From positions 3,595 through 67,594 of the forward strand of contig JBKPRD010000059.1 of assembly GCA_046734415.1 (NCBI GenBank): a DNA stretch of 64,000 nt. The letters run 5' to 3'. The first letter of the stretch is position 1. Each line of letters starts with the position of its first letter. The translations under genes were made by a program, and so were the position numbers. Below, one piece after another: positions 45,117 to 55,028 of the stretch. Source of the stretch: Actinomycetota bacterium (GTDB lineage: Bacteria; Actinomycetota; Thermoleophilia; Gaiellales; Gaiellaceae). The notes beneath the pieces were generated by a model. That model did no database searches. It was not told the origin of the DNA and saw nothing but the letters and a program-made list of their open reading frames with translations.

Positions 45117-46104
45117 GCGCCGCCGGCTCCGCCACGCGGGCGAGCACCGCCGCTTCGAACTCGGCCGTCGTCGCGGTGCCGCCGAGATCCCGCGTCGGCG
45201 TCGCCGCGAGCGCCTCGTCGACCGCCGACTCCAGGACCCGGGCCTCGTCCGGCCGCCGGAGCGCGTGCTGGAGCATGAGCGCGACCGAGCGGAGCGTCGC
45301 CGCGGGGTTCGCGATCCCGCGCCCGGCGATATCGGGCGCGGAGCCGTGCACCGGTTCGAAGATCCCCGGGCCGTCGTCGCCGAGGCTGGCGGAGGCGGCA
45401 AGCCCGAGCCCGCCCGTGACCGCGGCGGCGACGTCGGAGAGGATGTCGCCGAAGGTGTTCTCCATCACGAGCACGTCGAACTGCTCGGGGGCGAGCACGA
45501 TCTGCATCGCGGCGTTGTCGACGAGCATGTGCTCGAGCGCGACCTCGGCGTACTCGGGCGCCAGCCCGGCGACCACCCGACGCCAGAGGCGCGAGGTGTC
45601 GAGCACGTTCGCCTTGTCCACCGACGTCAGGCGGCCGCTCCGCTCGCGCGCGAGCGCGAGGCCGCGCCGTGCGATCCGTTCGACCTGGTTCGGGTGGTAC
45701 TCGCACGTGTCGAAGACGGTTCCGTCGGGCCGCTTGCCGCGCGCGCCGTAGTAGAGCCCGCCTACCAGCTCCCGGACGATCACGAAGTCGATCATCCCCT
45801 TCCGCGCGGGCCGGAGGTTCGCGTAGACGTCGAGCTCGCTGCGCAGGCGAATCAGCCCCTGCTCGGGGCGGACGTCGGCAGCGTCGTACTCGGGGAGGCC
45901 AACGGCGCCGATCAGCACCGCGTCGGCCGCCTTGCATGCGGCGATCGTCTCCGTGGGGAGCGGGTCGCCGGTCGCCTTGATCGCAGCACCGCCGAACAGG
46001 TGCTCCTCGAGGTCGACCTCCGGGACGAGCGCACGAAGTACGGTCTGCCCGACGCCGACCACCTCGGGGCCGATCCCGTCGCCCGGTAGGCAGGCGACCC
46101 TCAC
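45106..46104 (-). CDS. leuB: 3-isopropylmalate dehydrogenase (isocitrate/isopropylmalate dehydrogenase family)
   Basis: Track ORF of 332 aa: LPGDGIGPEV, YANLRPA, VRELVGGLYYG, VDKANVL, MLVDNAAMQ, ENTFGDILSD, FEPVHGSAPDIAG. Confidence 0.85.
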   Translation of the reverse strand: MRVACLPGDGIGPEVVGVGQTVLRALVPEVDLEEHLFGGAAIKATGDPLPTETIAACKAADAVLIGAVGLPEYDAADVRPEQGLIRLRSELDVYANLRPARKGMIDFVIVRELVGGLYYGARGKRPDGTVFDTCEYHPNQVERIARRGLALARERSGRLTSVDKANVLDTSRLWRRVVAGLAPEYAEVALEHMLVDNAAMQIVLAPEQFDVLVMENTFGDILSDVAAAVTGGLGLAASASLGDDGPGIFEPVHGSAPDIAGRGIANPAATLRSVALMLQHALRRPDEARVLESAVDEALAATPTRDLGGTATTAEFEAAVLARVAEPAAPSA

Positions 46105-46110
46105 GAGGGC

Positions 46111-46599
46111 TCAGCCGACGGGATCGTTCTGGGGCAGGCGCAGATAGTCCGAACGATAGAAGAGCAGCGGAGACACCTCGTCGTCGACACGCGCCTGCAG
46201 CACCTCGCCGATCGCGATCACGTGGTCGCCGCGCTCGACCTCCGACTCGAGGCCGCAGACGAGGAAGCCGAGGCAGCCGTCGATCACCGGCGTCCCGAGC
46301 ACCGACCGATGCCGCGTGGCCGCGAACTTCTCCTCCTGGCTCCGCTTGGTCGCGAAGATCCTCGCGACCTCCTCCTGGCCCTCCGCGAGCACGTTGATGC
46401 AGAAGCGCTCCGAGTCGCGCACGGCGCCGAGCGTGCGTGAGCTCAGGTCGAAGCAGACGAGCACGAGTGGCGGGTCGAGCGAGAGCGAGCTCAGGGCGTT
46501 CGCGGTCGCGCCCGCCGGCCCCTCCTCCCCCTCCGCGGAGACGACGCTCACCCCCGTCGCCCAGAAGCTCATCACGCGGCGGAAGTCGGGCGCGTCCAC
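46111..46599 (-). CDS. Flavin reductase-like FMN-binding protein
   Basis: Track ORF of 162 aa: FRRVMSFWATGVSVVS...ANALSSLSLDPPLVLVC...HVIAIGEV. Confidence 0.8.
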   Translation of the reverse strand: MDAPDFRRVMSFWATGVSVVSAEGEEGPAGATANALSSLSLDPPLVLVCFDLSSRTLGAVRDSERFCINVLAEGQEEVARIFATKRSQEEKFAATRHRSVLGTPVIDGCLGFLVCGLESEVERGDHVIAIGEVLQARVDDEVSPLLFYRSDYLRLPQNDPVG

Positions 46600-47694
46600 C
46601 TAGGCGCCGGACCCGATCGGCACCTGCTCGGTGATCCGGAGACCGAACCCCTCGAGGCCGGTGATCGCCTTCGGGTTGTTCGTCAGGATCCGGATCGTCG
46701 TCAGCCCGAGCTCGGAGAGGATCTGCGCGCCGATCCCGAACTCCTCCATCGGCATGTGGTCCGGCTCGTGCCGGCTCAGGCGGCGTTCGCGGTTCTCACC
46801 GCCGACGATATAGAGCACGACGCCGCGCTCCTCGGCGGCGATCGCCTCCAGGGAGCGGTCGAGATCCTCGCCGCACCGGCAGGTGCTCGCGTGGAACACG
46901 TCTCCGCTCAGGCACTCGCGATGGACACGAACGAGCACGTTCGGCGCCCCCTGGACGTCGCCCTTGACGAGCGCGAGGTGGTGCGCGCCGGTGATCTGGT
47001 CCCTGAACGCGACGCCCTGGAACTCGCCGAGCGTCGTCGGCAGCTGCACGCTCGTCACCCGCTCGATGATCTTCTCGATCCCGCGGCGGTAGGCGATCAC
47101 GTCCGCGACGGCCACGAGCGGCAGCGAGTGCTGCCCGCAGAAGCGCTCGAGCTCGCGACCGGTTGTAACCGTCCCGTCCTCGTCGATGACGATCGCCATC
47201 GCCGCCGCGGGGGCGCAGCCGGCGAGACGCGCCAGGTCGACCGCCGCCTCCGTCCGCGCTGCGCGCTGGAGCACTCCGCCGGGGCGCGCCCGGAGCGGCG
47301 AGACCGTGCCCGGCCGGGTGAAGTCGCGCGCCTCGAGCGCGGGGTCGGTCGCCGCGCGGATCGTGCGCGACCGGTCCCCGGCGGAGGCGCCGGCGCCGGT
47401 GACGCCGCGAAGCGTGATCGACAGCGTGGGCTGCCAGTCGTCGCCGTCGGAGACGAGCGGCTCGAGGCGGAGCTCGTCGCACCGCTCGTCCGAGAGCGCC
47501 AACCAGACCATCCCGTGCGCGTGGCGCGACATGAAGTTCACGGCTTCGGGTGTCGCGTGCTGAGCCGCGATCGTCAGGTTGCCCTCGAAGCCCTCGCCGC
47601 GAGCCTCACAGATGACCACGAAGCGGCCGGCGTTCAGCTCGGTCGCGCCGCGCTGCGCAGCCTCGAGATCGACCTCCGCGAACGGGACTTCCAT
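46600..47694 (-). CDS. RibBA-like fusion (DHBP synthase + GTP cyclohydrolase II folds) with degenerate catalytic motifs
   Basis: Track ORF of 364 aa. RibB half: VVICEARGEGFEGNL replaces V(L/V)DDEDRENEGD, and AARTEA replaces GGHTEA. RibA half: the Zn-Cys set is kept (HRECLSGDVFHASTCRCG), but the segment after ..GVVLY.. is roughly 20 aa shorter than the EGRGIGLxNK...DTVEAN region. Confidence 0.75.
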   Translation of the reverse strand: MEVPFAEVDLEAAQRGATELNAGRFVVICEARGEGFEGNLTIAAQHATPEAVNFMSRHAHGMVWLALSDERCDELRLEPLVSDGDDWQPTLSITLRGVTGAGASAGDRSRTIRAATDPALEARDFTRPGTVSPLRARPGGVLQRAARTEAAVDLARLAGCAPAAAMAIVIDEDGTVTTGRELERFCGQHSLPLVAVADVIAYRRGIEKIIERVTSVQLPTTLGEFQGVAFRDQITGAHHLALVKGDVQGAPNVLVRVHRECLSGDVFHASTCRCGEDLDRSLEAIAAEERGVVLYIVGGENRERRLSRHEPDHMPMEEFGIGAQILSELGLTTIRILTNNPKAITGLEGFGLRITEQVPIGSGA

Positions 47695-47715
47695 GCCGGC
47701 CAGGATACGCCGCGG

Positions 47716-49989
47716 CTAGAGGCCGACGATGTCGTCAGGGCGCACAGGGACGCGGTTGAGCTCCCCGCCGGTCGCATCCCGGAGCGCGGAGACGATTGCG
47801 GCGGTCGAGACGACGGTCGGCGGCTCGCCGACGCCCTTGACGCCGTAGGGCGCGTCCGGCTCCGGATCCTCGATCAGCTCGGAGACGACCGGCGGCATGT
47901 CGAGCGCGGTCGGGATCAGGTAGTCGGTGAAGCTCGCGTTCGTGATCAGGCCGTCGCGCGTCTGGATCTCCTCCATCAGCGCGAGCCCGAGCCCCTGGGC
48001 GGCGCCGCCTTCGATCTGGCCCTCGACCGCCTGCGGGTTGATCGCCTTGCCGACGTCCTGAGCGGTGCCTATCCAGACAATACGAGTCAGTCCGAGCTCG
48101 ACGTCCACCTCGGCGACGACGCGCATCGCGGCGACCGCGAGGGCGACGTGCGAGCGCTCGCCGGTCGTCTGGCCGGTTTCCGGGTCGAGCGGCGACGTGC
48201 GCGGGTGATGGTAGACGCGTTCGACGTCGACCTCGTCCGCGCCGGTCCGCTCGCGCTCCTCGAGCGCGGCGCGGCAGGCGAGCTGGACGGCGCCGGCGGC
48301 CATGTACGTGAGCCGCGATGCCGAGGACGAGCCGGACGAGTCGACCCGTGCGGTGCCGGCGGGCGCGAGCGCGACGTCGTCGAGCCCCAGCTCCGTGCGC
48401 GCGACCTGGACGATCACTCCTGAGACCCCCTGCCCGACCTCGGCCGCCGCGCAGTGGATCTCCGCCGAGGCGTGGCGGAGGACGATGCGGGCGGCGCAGA
48501 AGTCGTCGAAGCCCTCCGAGTAGCAGATGTTCTTGAATCCGACCGCGAAGCCCGTTCCGCGCCTGACGCCCTGGCCGTGGGTCGTGTTGCCGGCGCCGCC
48601 CGGGAGGCGGATCGGGTCGCGGGGCAGCTCCTCGGGCGGCGGCGGCTCGAGTGCGGCTGCGCGCCGGATCACCTCGGCGGTCGGCAGCGAGCCCGTGATC
48701 ACCTGGCCCGTCGGGAGCGTGTCACCCGGGGCGAGCGCGTTCAGCAGCCGTAGCTCGACCGGGTCGATCCCGAGCGCGGCCGCGAGCTTGTCCATTTGCG
48801 CCTCGGCCGCGAAGCAGCTCTGGACGGCGCCGAACCCGCGCATCGCGCCACAGGGCGGGTTGTTCGTGTAGACGCTCGTCGACTCGATCAGCGCGTTCTC
48901 GACGTTGTACGGCCCGCAGGCGAACGACGCCGCGTTCGAGGTGACGGCAGTGGAGGAGGAGGCGTAGGCGCCGCCGTCGAGGAGGATGCGCAGGCGGACG
49001 CAGACGAGGCGGCCATCGCGGGTGGCGCGGTGCTCCGCCCAGATCTTTGCGGGGTGGCGATGGACGTGTCCGACGAACGACTCCTCGCGGCCGTAGACGA
49101 GCTTCACCGGCCGCCCCGTGTGCAGCGCGAGCATCGCCCCGTGGATCTGCATCGACAGGTCCTCGCGGCCGCCGAACGCTCCGCCGACGCCACCGAGGTG
49201 GAGGCGCACCTGCTCCGGCTTCAGGCCGAGGCACGGCGCCACCTGGTCGCGGTCGACGTGCAGCCACTGCGTCGCGACGTAGATGTCGACCCCGCCCTCG
49301 CCGTCCGGAACGGCGAGCCCCGACTCCGGGCCCAGGAACGCCTGGTCCTGGATCCCGAGCTCGTAGGAGCCCTCCACGCTCAGGTCTGCCGGCGTATCGG
49401 GATCCCCGTGGCGGATGACGAGGTGCCGGACGACGTTCGGCCGAGGATCCTCGCGGTAGCCGTGGCCCATCGTCGGCCGGTCCGGATGGAGCGGCTCCTG
49501 CTCGGTCGCCCGCTCGGGGTCGACGACGAGCTCGAGCGGCTCGTACTCGACGGCCACCTTCTCGGCGGCGCGGCGAGCCTGCTCCGGGTGCTCGGCGGCG
49601 ACGAGCGCGACCGGCTCCCCGTAGTAGCGCACGCGGTCGATCGCGAGCACCGGCTGGTCGGGGAACTCGAGGCCGTAGGACTTCGCGCCCGGGACGTCCG
49701 CGTGCGTGAGCACGGCGTGGACGCCCGGCATCGCAAGCGCCTCGGCAACGTCGATCGCAGTGATGCGGGCGTGCGCGTGCGGGCTGCGCACCGTGTGCCC
49801 CCAGAGCATTCCCGCCGCCGACAGGTCGCTCGCGTACTGGAACTCGCCCGTCGTCTTCGGGATCCCGTCCGCGCGCGGAACGCTCTCGCCGATGCGCCCG
49901 AGCTCGAGCTGCCGCGGCGCGGCCGTCGTCGTGACCTCGCCGCCGTGGACGCTCCGGCCGCCGGGGATGCTTCGGCGCACGATCGTCAC
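47716..49989 (-). CDS. Xanthine-dehydrogenase-family molybdopterin-binding large subunit (PucD/CoxL-like)
   Basis: GTG at 49989 (residue 94 of track ORF 47716..50268) gives 757 aa: ..GESVPRADGIPKTTGEFQYASD.., ..GGVGGAFGGRED.., ..GVGEPP... The start is uncertain. Confidence 0.85.
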   Translation of the reverse strand: MTIVRRSIPGGRSVHGGEVTTTAAPRQLELGRIGESVPRADGIPKTTGEFQYASDLSAAGMLWGHTVRSPHAHARITAIDVAEALAMPGVHAVLTHADVPGAKSYGLEFPDQPVLAIDRVRYYGEPVALVAAEHPEQARRAAEKVAVEYEPLELVVDPERATEQEPLHPDRPTMGHGYREDPRPNVVRHLVIRHGDPDTPADLSVEGSYELGIQDQAFLGPESGLAVPDGEGGVDIYVATQWLHVDRDQVAPCLGLKPEQVRLHLGGVGGAFGGREDLSMQIHGAMLALHTGRPVKLVYGREESFVGHVHRHPAKIWAEHRATRDGRLVCVRLRILLDGGAYASSSTAVTSNAASFACGPYNVENALIESTSVYTNNPPCGAMRGFGAVQSCFAAEAQMDKLAAALGIDPVELRLLNALAPGDTLPTGQVITGSLPTAEVIRRAAALEPPPPEELPRDPIRLPGGAGNTTHGQGVRRGTGFAVGFKNICYSEGFDDFCAARIVLRHASAEIHCAAAEVGQGVSGVIVQVARTELGLDDVALAPAGTARVDSSGSSSASRLTYMAAGAVQLACRAALEERERTGADEVDVERVYHHPRTSPLDPETGQTTGERSHVALAVAAMRVVAEVDVELGLTRIVWIGTAQDVGKAINPQAVEGQIEGGAAQGLGLALMEEIQTRDGLITNASFTDYLIPTALDMPPVVSELIEDPEPDAPYGVKGVGEPPTVVSTAAIVSALRDATGGELNRVPVRPDDIVGL

Positions 49990-50089
49990 TCCGCCGTCAC
50001 CATCCGTGAGGTTTTCAGCGCTAGGCTCGCATCGGGTGGTGGGCCGGGGTGCCCCAGAGGGAGGCGGGCCTTCGAGAGCCGGACGGAGT

Positions 50090-50548
50090 TCATGCGGCGC
50101 CTGCGGCGATCCGGACGGCGTCGAAGATCTTCTGGTAGCCGGTGCAGCGGCAGAGGTTGCCCGAGAGCGCCTCGCGGATCTCGTCCTCGCTCGGATCGGG
50201 TCGCTGCTCCAGGAGCGCGGCGGTCGCGACGACCAGGCCGGGCGTGCAGAACCCGCACTGCACGGCACCCGCCTCGACGAAGGCCTCCTGCACGCGGTGG
50301 AGCCCGTCGCCGCCGGCGAGCCCCTCCACGGTCACGACCTCGTGGCCGTCGGCCTGCGCCGCGAGCACGAGGCACGCGCAGACGAGCTTCCCATCCAGGA
50401 GCACCGAGCACGACCCGCACTCTCCCTGCTCGCACGCGTTCTTCGACCCGGAGAACCCGAGCCGCTCGCGCAGGGCATACAGCAGGCTCTCGCCCGGCCA
50501 GACGTCCGCTTCCCGCTGCTCCCCGTTGACGACGAGCTCGATCCTCAC
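50090..50548 (-). CDS. Xanthine-dehydrogenase-family [2Fe-2S] small subunit (PucE-like)
   Basis: GTG at 50548 (GTGA overlap with the FAD subunit stop) gives 152 aa: CEQGECGSCSV, CGFCTPG, CRCTGY. Confidence 0.9.
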   Translation of the reverse strand: MRIELVVNGEQREADVWPGESLLYALRERLGFSGSKNACEQGECGSCSVLLDGKLVCACLVLAAQADGHEVVTVEGLAGGDGLHRVQEAFVEAGAVQCGFCTPGLVVATAALLEQRPDPSEDEIREALSGNLCRCTGYQKIFDAVRIAAGAA

Positions 50549-51339
50549 GTCAACACGCGCTCCAGCGCGCGATCCGCCAGCACACGCAGCGCGTGGCGCC
50601 GATACGCCGCGGTGCCGCGCACGTCGTCGATCGGGGTCGCGGCGGCGGCCACGCGCTCCGGCAGCGAGTCCGCCTCGCCGACCGGGCACGAGACGAGGCC
50701 GACGACCGGCCCGGCGGACCCGAACGCGGCGCGCAGCTCGCCGCGCTCGCCGTCCGCGACGACGGCCAGCGAGCAGACCGCGATCACCATCGCGTTCCGC
50801 GGCCCGACCTTCATGAAGGTCTGCGCACCCCGCGAGGGCGCCACCCGGACCCCGGTGATCAGCTCGTCAGGCTCCGAGGCGTTCCGCTTCGGCCCGACCA
50901 GGAACTCTCCGAGCGGCAGCGTCCGAATCCCGCGAACCGATGCCAGCTCGACCTCCGCTCCCTCCACCAGCAGCGGCGGCAGCGCGTCCCCCGCCGGCGA
51001 CGCCGTCCCGAGGTTGCCGCCGATCGTCCCCCGCGCGCGGATCTGCGGCGACCCGACCGTCCGGGACGCCTCCGCGAGCGCCGGCAGGGCATCCGCGACC
51101 GCGCCCTCCATCGCCTCCGCGTACGTCAGGCCGGAGCCGAGGCGCAGGCGGCCGTTCTCCCGCGACCACCCTCCGAGCTCCGGCACCTCGTTCAGGTTCA
51201 GCAGCACCTCCGGCCGCCGACGGTCGAAGTTGAGCTCGACCATCACGTCCGTGCCGCCCTGGATCGGCACCGCATCCGGGTTGTCGGCCTTGACGCGCAG
51301 CGCGTCGTCGAGACTCCTGGGGCTGACGACCTCCATCAC
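50545..51339 (-). CDS. Xanthine-dehydrogenase-family FAD-binding medium subunit (PucC/CoxM-like)
   Basis: Track ORF of 264 aa: ..PIQGGTDVMV.., ..RGTIGGNLGTASPAGD... ATGA overlap with the upstream permease stop. Confidence 0.85.
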   Translation of the reverse strand: MMEVVSPRSLDDALRVKADNPDAVPIQGGTDVMVELNFDRRRPEVLLNLNEVPELGGWSRENGRLRLGSGLTYAEAMEGAVADALPALAEASRTVGSPQIRARGTIGGNLGTASPAGDALPPLLVEGAEVELASVRGIRTLPLGEFLVGPKRNASEPDELITGVRVAPSRGAQTFMKVGPRNAMVIAVCSLAVVADGERGELRAAFGSAGPVVGLVSCPVGEADSLPERVAAAATPIDDVRGTAAYRRHALRVLADRALERVLT

Positions 51340-52310
51340 CGCTCCTCGCGGACATACGGTACGCCGAGCGCTGCGGGCGCGCCGAGCCGCCGCCGCGCGA
51401 GCCCCGTCGAGACGACCACGAGGACGAGGATCGTCATCAGGTACGGCAGCGCGTTCAGGAACTCGGGCTTGATCGTGTACCCGTGCGCCTGCAGTGCGGC
51501 CGGGAGACCGCCCGACAGTCCGCCGAACAGGTACGCGCCGACGAGGCAGAGCTCGGGACGCCAGAACGAGAAGATCACGAGCGCGATCGCGATCCAGCCC
51601 GCACCGCCGACGAGCGAGTCACCGTCCGTCCACCCGGGCGTGATCGCGAGGCTGTAGCACGCGCCGCCGATCCCCGCGAGCGCCCCGCCGCCGAGCACGT
51701 GGGCGTACCGGTACCGCGCCACGCTGATCCCCATCGCGTCGGCGGCACCCGGGTTCTCCCCCACGGCCCGGACGTTCAGCCCCGGCCGCGTGCGGCCGAG
51801 GTAGAACGCGATCAGGACGACGAGCGCCCACGACACATAGACGAGCGCGTTCTGGTTGAAGAGGATCGGCCCGACGACGGGAACGTCTGCGAGGCCGAAC
51901 ACGTCGATCTCGCTGAACTGGTGCTTCGCCGGTACGTCGGCGAGCCCGAGGTCGTTTCCGAGATACGAGGCCAGGCCGAGCCCGCCCGCGAAGATCGACA
52001 GCGCGAGCCCGGAGACGATCTGGCTCGCTCGCAGGGAGACGACGAGGTACGCGAAGATCGTCGACATCACGAGTCCGGCGAACGCCGCCGTCAGGACCGC
52101 GAGCAGGAGCACGAGCCACTCCGGCCCGGGCGCCCGCTGCATCCCCCAGAAGCCCATCGCGGCCCCGACGAGCATCATCCCCTCGACGCCGAGGTTCAGC
52201 ACTCCGGAGCGCTCCGCGAGCAGCTCGCCGAGCGCCGCGAACAGGATCGGCGTCCCGTAGACCACCGCCTGTGCGAGCACTTCGACGACGAGGGTGTCGT
52301 TGACGCCCAT
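51336..52310 (-). CDS. ABC transporter permease (BMP/nucleoside uptake family, second permease)
   Basis: Track ORF of 324 aa. Polytopic: ..[19 protein letters not shown].., ..[14 protein letters not shown]... Confidence 0.85.
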   Translation of the reverse strand: MGVNDTLVVEVLAQAVVYGTPILFAALGELLAERSGVLNLGVEGMMLVGAAMGFWGMQRAPGPEWLVLLLAVLTAAFAGLVMSTIFAYLVVSLRASQIVSGLALSIFAGGLGLASYLGNDLGLADVPAKHQFSEIDVFGLADVPVVGPILFNQNALVYVSWALVVLIAFYLGRTRPGLNVRAVGENPGAADAMGISVARYRYAHVLGGGALAGIGGACYSLAITPGWTDGDSLVGGAGWIAIALVIFSFWRPELCLVGAYLFGGLSGGLPAALQAHGYTIKPEFLNALPYLMTILVLVVVSTGLARRRLGAPAALGVPYVREER

Positions 52311-53447
52311 CTACGGCGTCGGCTCCGCGGCCGGAGCCGCCTCCACCGTGGTCGCGGCCCTGCGGCCGAACCGCACGCGGTAGCGGATCAGGAGCTCGCC
52401 GCCGAGCGCGCAGAAGAGGAGGATCCCCTGCATCACGCCGACGAGACCGGACGGGAAGTCGGCCCCCTGGAGGAAGAAGCCCGCGTTCTGGAGACCGCCC
52501 AGTAGAACGCCGACGAGCACGACCGCGAAGGGGTTGTAGCGGCCGAGGGCGGCGACGACGATCCCGGCGTAGCCGTAGTTCGCGCCCTGGAGCCCCTGCG
52601 GGCTCGCATCGAGCACGTGCGAGAAGTCGCCGACCTGGCTGGCGCCGCCGACCCCGGCGATCCCGCCCGAGATCCCCATCACGGCGAGGATCTTCCGCCG
52701 CGTGCGCATGCCGGCGTACCGGGCGGCGCGCGCCGAGTCCCCGATCACGTTCATCTCGAAGCCGAACCGGGTCACCCGGAAGAGGACGTACAGGCCGACG
52801 GCAATTCCGACCGCCAGCAGGAAGCCGAAGGGGAGCACGAGCTTGCCCGGCGTCAGCGTCGGCCAGAACTGGCTCGGCTTTAGGGCGATCGCCTGCGGGA
52901 ACGACCGCGTCTGCACCGTCGACACGTCGCGCCAAGGCGAGGCGCTGTCGAAGATCAGGTAGGTGAGGAGCAGTCCGGCGACGTAGTTGAGCATCAGCGT
53001 GGTCAGGATCTCGCTCGTCCGCCCGAACGCCTTGAGCACGCCCGCGATCAGCGCCCACAGCGCCCCGCCGGCCGCGCCGGCCACGCACATCGCGAGGATC
53101 GTGAAGACGAGGGCGTGGTCAGGGCCGAGCCAGATCGCGATCCCCGACGCGGTGAGGGCGCCGAGGTAGAGCTGGCCCTCGGCCCCGATGTTGAAGAGCT
53201 GCATCCGGAAGGCGACCGCAGCGGCGAGGCCGGTGAAGACCAGCGGCGTGGCAAGCGTGAGCGTGTCGTTCCAGGCAGCGCTACCGTCAAAGGCGGCGGT
53301 GAAGGTCCGGCGGTAGGTCCGGATCGGGTCGTGCCCCGTGATCACGAGCACGAGGGCGATCAGCAGAAACGCGACCGCGACGGAGAAGAACGGAACGGCG
53401 AAGGTCAGCCAGCGCGGCTGCCGGAGACGGCGCTCGATCGTGATCAC
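52311..53447 (-). CDS. ABC transporter permease (BMP/nucleoside uptake family, first permease)
   Basis: GTG at 53447 (GTGA overlap with the ATPase stop) gives 378 aa: ..RMQLFNIGAEGQLYLGA.., ..IGDSARAARYAGM... Confidence 0.85.
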   Translation of the reverse strand: MITIERRLRQPRWLTFAVPFFSVAVAFLLIALVLVITGHDPIRTYRRTFTAAFDGSAAWNDTLTLATPLVFTGLAAAVAFRMQLFNIGAEGQLYLGALTASGIAIWLGPDHALVFTILAMCVAGAAGGALWALIAGVLKAFGRTSEILTTLMLNYVAGLLLTYLIFDSASPWRDVSTVQTRSFPQAIALKPSQFWPTLTPGKLVLPFGFLLAVGIAVGLYVLFRVTRFGFEMNVIGDSARAARYAGMRTRRKILAVMGISGGIAGVGGASQVGDFSHVLDASPQGLQGANYGYAGIVVAALGRYNPFAVVLVGVLLGGLQNAGFFLQGADFPSGLVGVMQGILLFCALGGELLIRYRVRFGRRAATTVEAAPAAEPTP

Positions 53448-55024
53448 TCGCGCTCGCCTCCGGCCATCGCCAGGCCGATCTCCTCGACGGTCGCCTGCTC
53501 CGGGTCGAAGTCGCCGGTGATCCGGCCCTCGTAGATCACGATCACGCGGTCCGCGAGCGCCCGGATCTCGTCCAGGTCCTCGCTGAGCAGGAGGATTCCG
53601 ACCGCCTGGCCGGCCGCCTCGCGCAGGTAGGCATGCACCGTCTCGATCGCGCCGACGTCGAGCCCTCGCGTCGGCGAGGCCGCGATCACGACCCGCGGGT
53701 CGCCGGAAAACTCGCGGCCCAGCACGAGCTTCTGCAGGTTGCCGCCGGAGAGCTCGCGCACGCGCGCGTTCGTCCCCGGCGCCTGCACGTGGTAGCGCTG
53801 GATCAGGTCGGCCGCGAACTCGCGGATCGCGCGCCACGCCAGCAGGGGCCCCCGCGAGGCGGGAGCCTCGCGGTAGCGCTTCAGCACCGAGTTCTCGGCA
53901 ATCGTCAGGCTCGGCGCGACACCCGTCCCCAGGCGGTCCTCCGGCACGTGCGCGATCCCGGCGGCGATCGCAGCGCGCGGGTCGCCCGTCCGCAGCCGCA
54001 GCCCCTCGACTCGCACCGCTCCATCCGCGGTCGACCGAATGCCCGTGACCGCTTCCGCGAGCTCGCGCTGCCCGTTCCCCGCGACGCCGGCGACGCCGAG
54101 GATCTCGCCTCGACGAACGGCGAACGAGATGCCGCGCACGGCCTCCTCGCCGCGGTCGCCGCGCACGTGCAGGCCCTCGACCTCGAGCGCAGGCTCCGGC
54201 CGCACGGGCACCGGACGCGTCCGTCGCTGCGCCAGCTCGACCTGGCGGCCCACCATCAGTGCGGCGAGCTCCCGCGAGCTCGCGTCGGCGGCGGCCACGG
54301 TCGCCACGTTCCGACCGCCGCGCAGCACTGTCACCCGGTCGGCCACCGCCTTCACCTCGTGCAGCTTGTGCGAGATGAAGATCACCGTCCGCCCCTCGGC
54401 CGCCATCGTCCGCAGGGTCTCGAATAGCGCCTCCGACTCCTGCGGCGTCAACACCGCGGTCGGCTCGTCGAGGATCAGGATCCGCGAGTCGCGGTAGAGG
54501 ACCTTGAGGACCTCGACACGCTGCTGCTCTCCGACCGAGAGCTGCCAGACCCGTGCGCCCGGATCGACGGCGAGACCGTACCGGCTCTCGAGGGCCGCCA
54601 CCTGCCGCTCGATCTGCCGCGGCTGGAGGATGAACCGGCGCGCCTCCTCGCGATGCTCGCCGAGGACGACGTTCTCGGCCACGGTGAACGGGGAGACGAG
54701 GCGGAAGTGCTGGTGGACCATCCCGATCCCCGCCTCGATCGCGTCGCTCGGCGAGTTGAAGTGGACGAGACGCCCGTAGAGCCGGATCTCGCCGTCGTCC
54801 GGGCGGTACAGGCCGGTGAGGATGTTCGAGAGCGTGCTCTTCCCGGCGCCGTTCTCGCCGAGCAGCGCATGCACCTCGCCGGGTGCGGCCTCGAAGTCGA
54901 CCGCGTCGTTCGCGACGACGCCGGGGAAGCGCTTCGTGATCCCGCGCATCGAGACAGCGGGAGAGGCGCCGGGGTCGCCGGCGCCTCTCTCCTCTGCAAT
55001 CGGGTTCGGGGCCTGGTGCCCCAC
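53444..55024 (-). CDS. ABC transporter ATP-binding protein, duplicated ATPase (sugar/nucleoside importer type)
   Basis: Track ORF of 526 aa (GTG start; an internal ATG at MRGITKRF is possible). Domain 1: GENGAGKST / LSVGEQQRVEV / LILDEPT. Domain 2: GVAGNGQ / LSGGNLQK. Confidence 0.85.
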   Translation of the reverse strand: MGHQAPNPIAEERGAGDPGASPAVSMRGITKRFPGVVANDAVDFEAAPGEVHALLGENGAGKSTLSNILTGLYRPDDGEIRLYGRLVHFNSPSDAIEAGIGMVHQHFRLVSPFTVAENVVLGEHREEARRFILQPRQIERQVAALESRYGLAVDPGARVWQLSVGEQQRVEVLKVLYRDSRILILDEPTAVLTPQESEALFETLRTMAAEGRTVIFISHKLHEVKAVADRVTVLRGGRNVATVAAADASSRELAALMVGRQVELAQRRTRPVPVRPEPALEVEGLHVRGDRGEEAVRGISFAVRRGEILGVAGVAGNGQRELAEAVTGIRSTADGAVRVEGLRLRTGDPRAAIAAGIAHVPEDRLGTGVAPSLTIAENSVLKRYREAPASRGPLLAWRAIREFAADLIQRYHVQAPGTNARVRELSGGNLQKLVLGREFSGDPRVVIAASPTRGLDVGAIETVHAYLREAAGQAVGILLLSEDLDEIRALADRVIVIYEGRITGDFDPEQATVEEIGLAMAGGERE

Positions 55025-55028
55025 TCGC

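Noticed and set aside
46600-47694. Annotating the gene as functional ribBA (riboflavin biosynthesis)
   Set aside because: Key catalytic motifs in both halves are altered or deleted, and the context is a purine catabolic operon rather than a rib operon. I kept it as RibBA-like.
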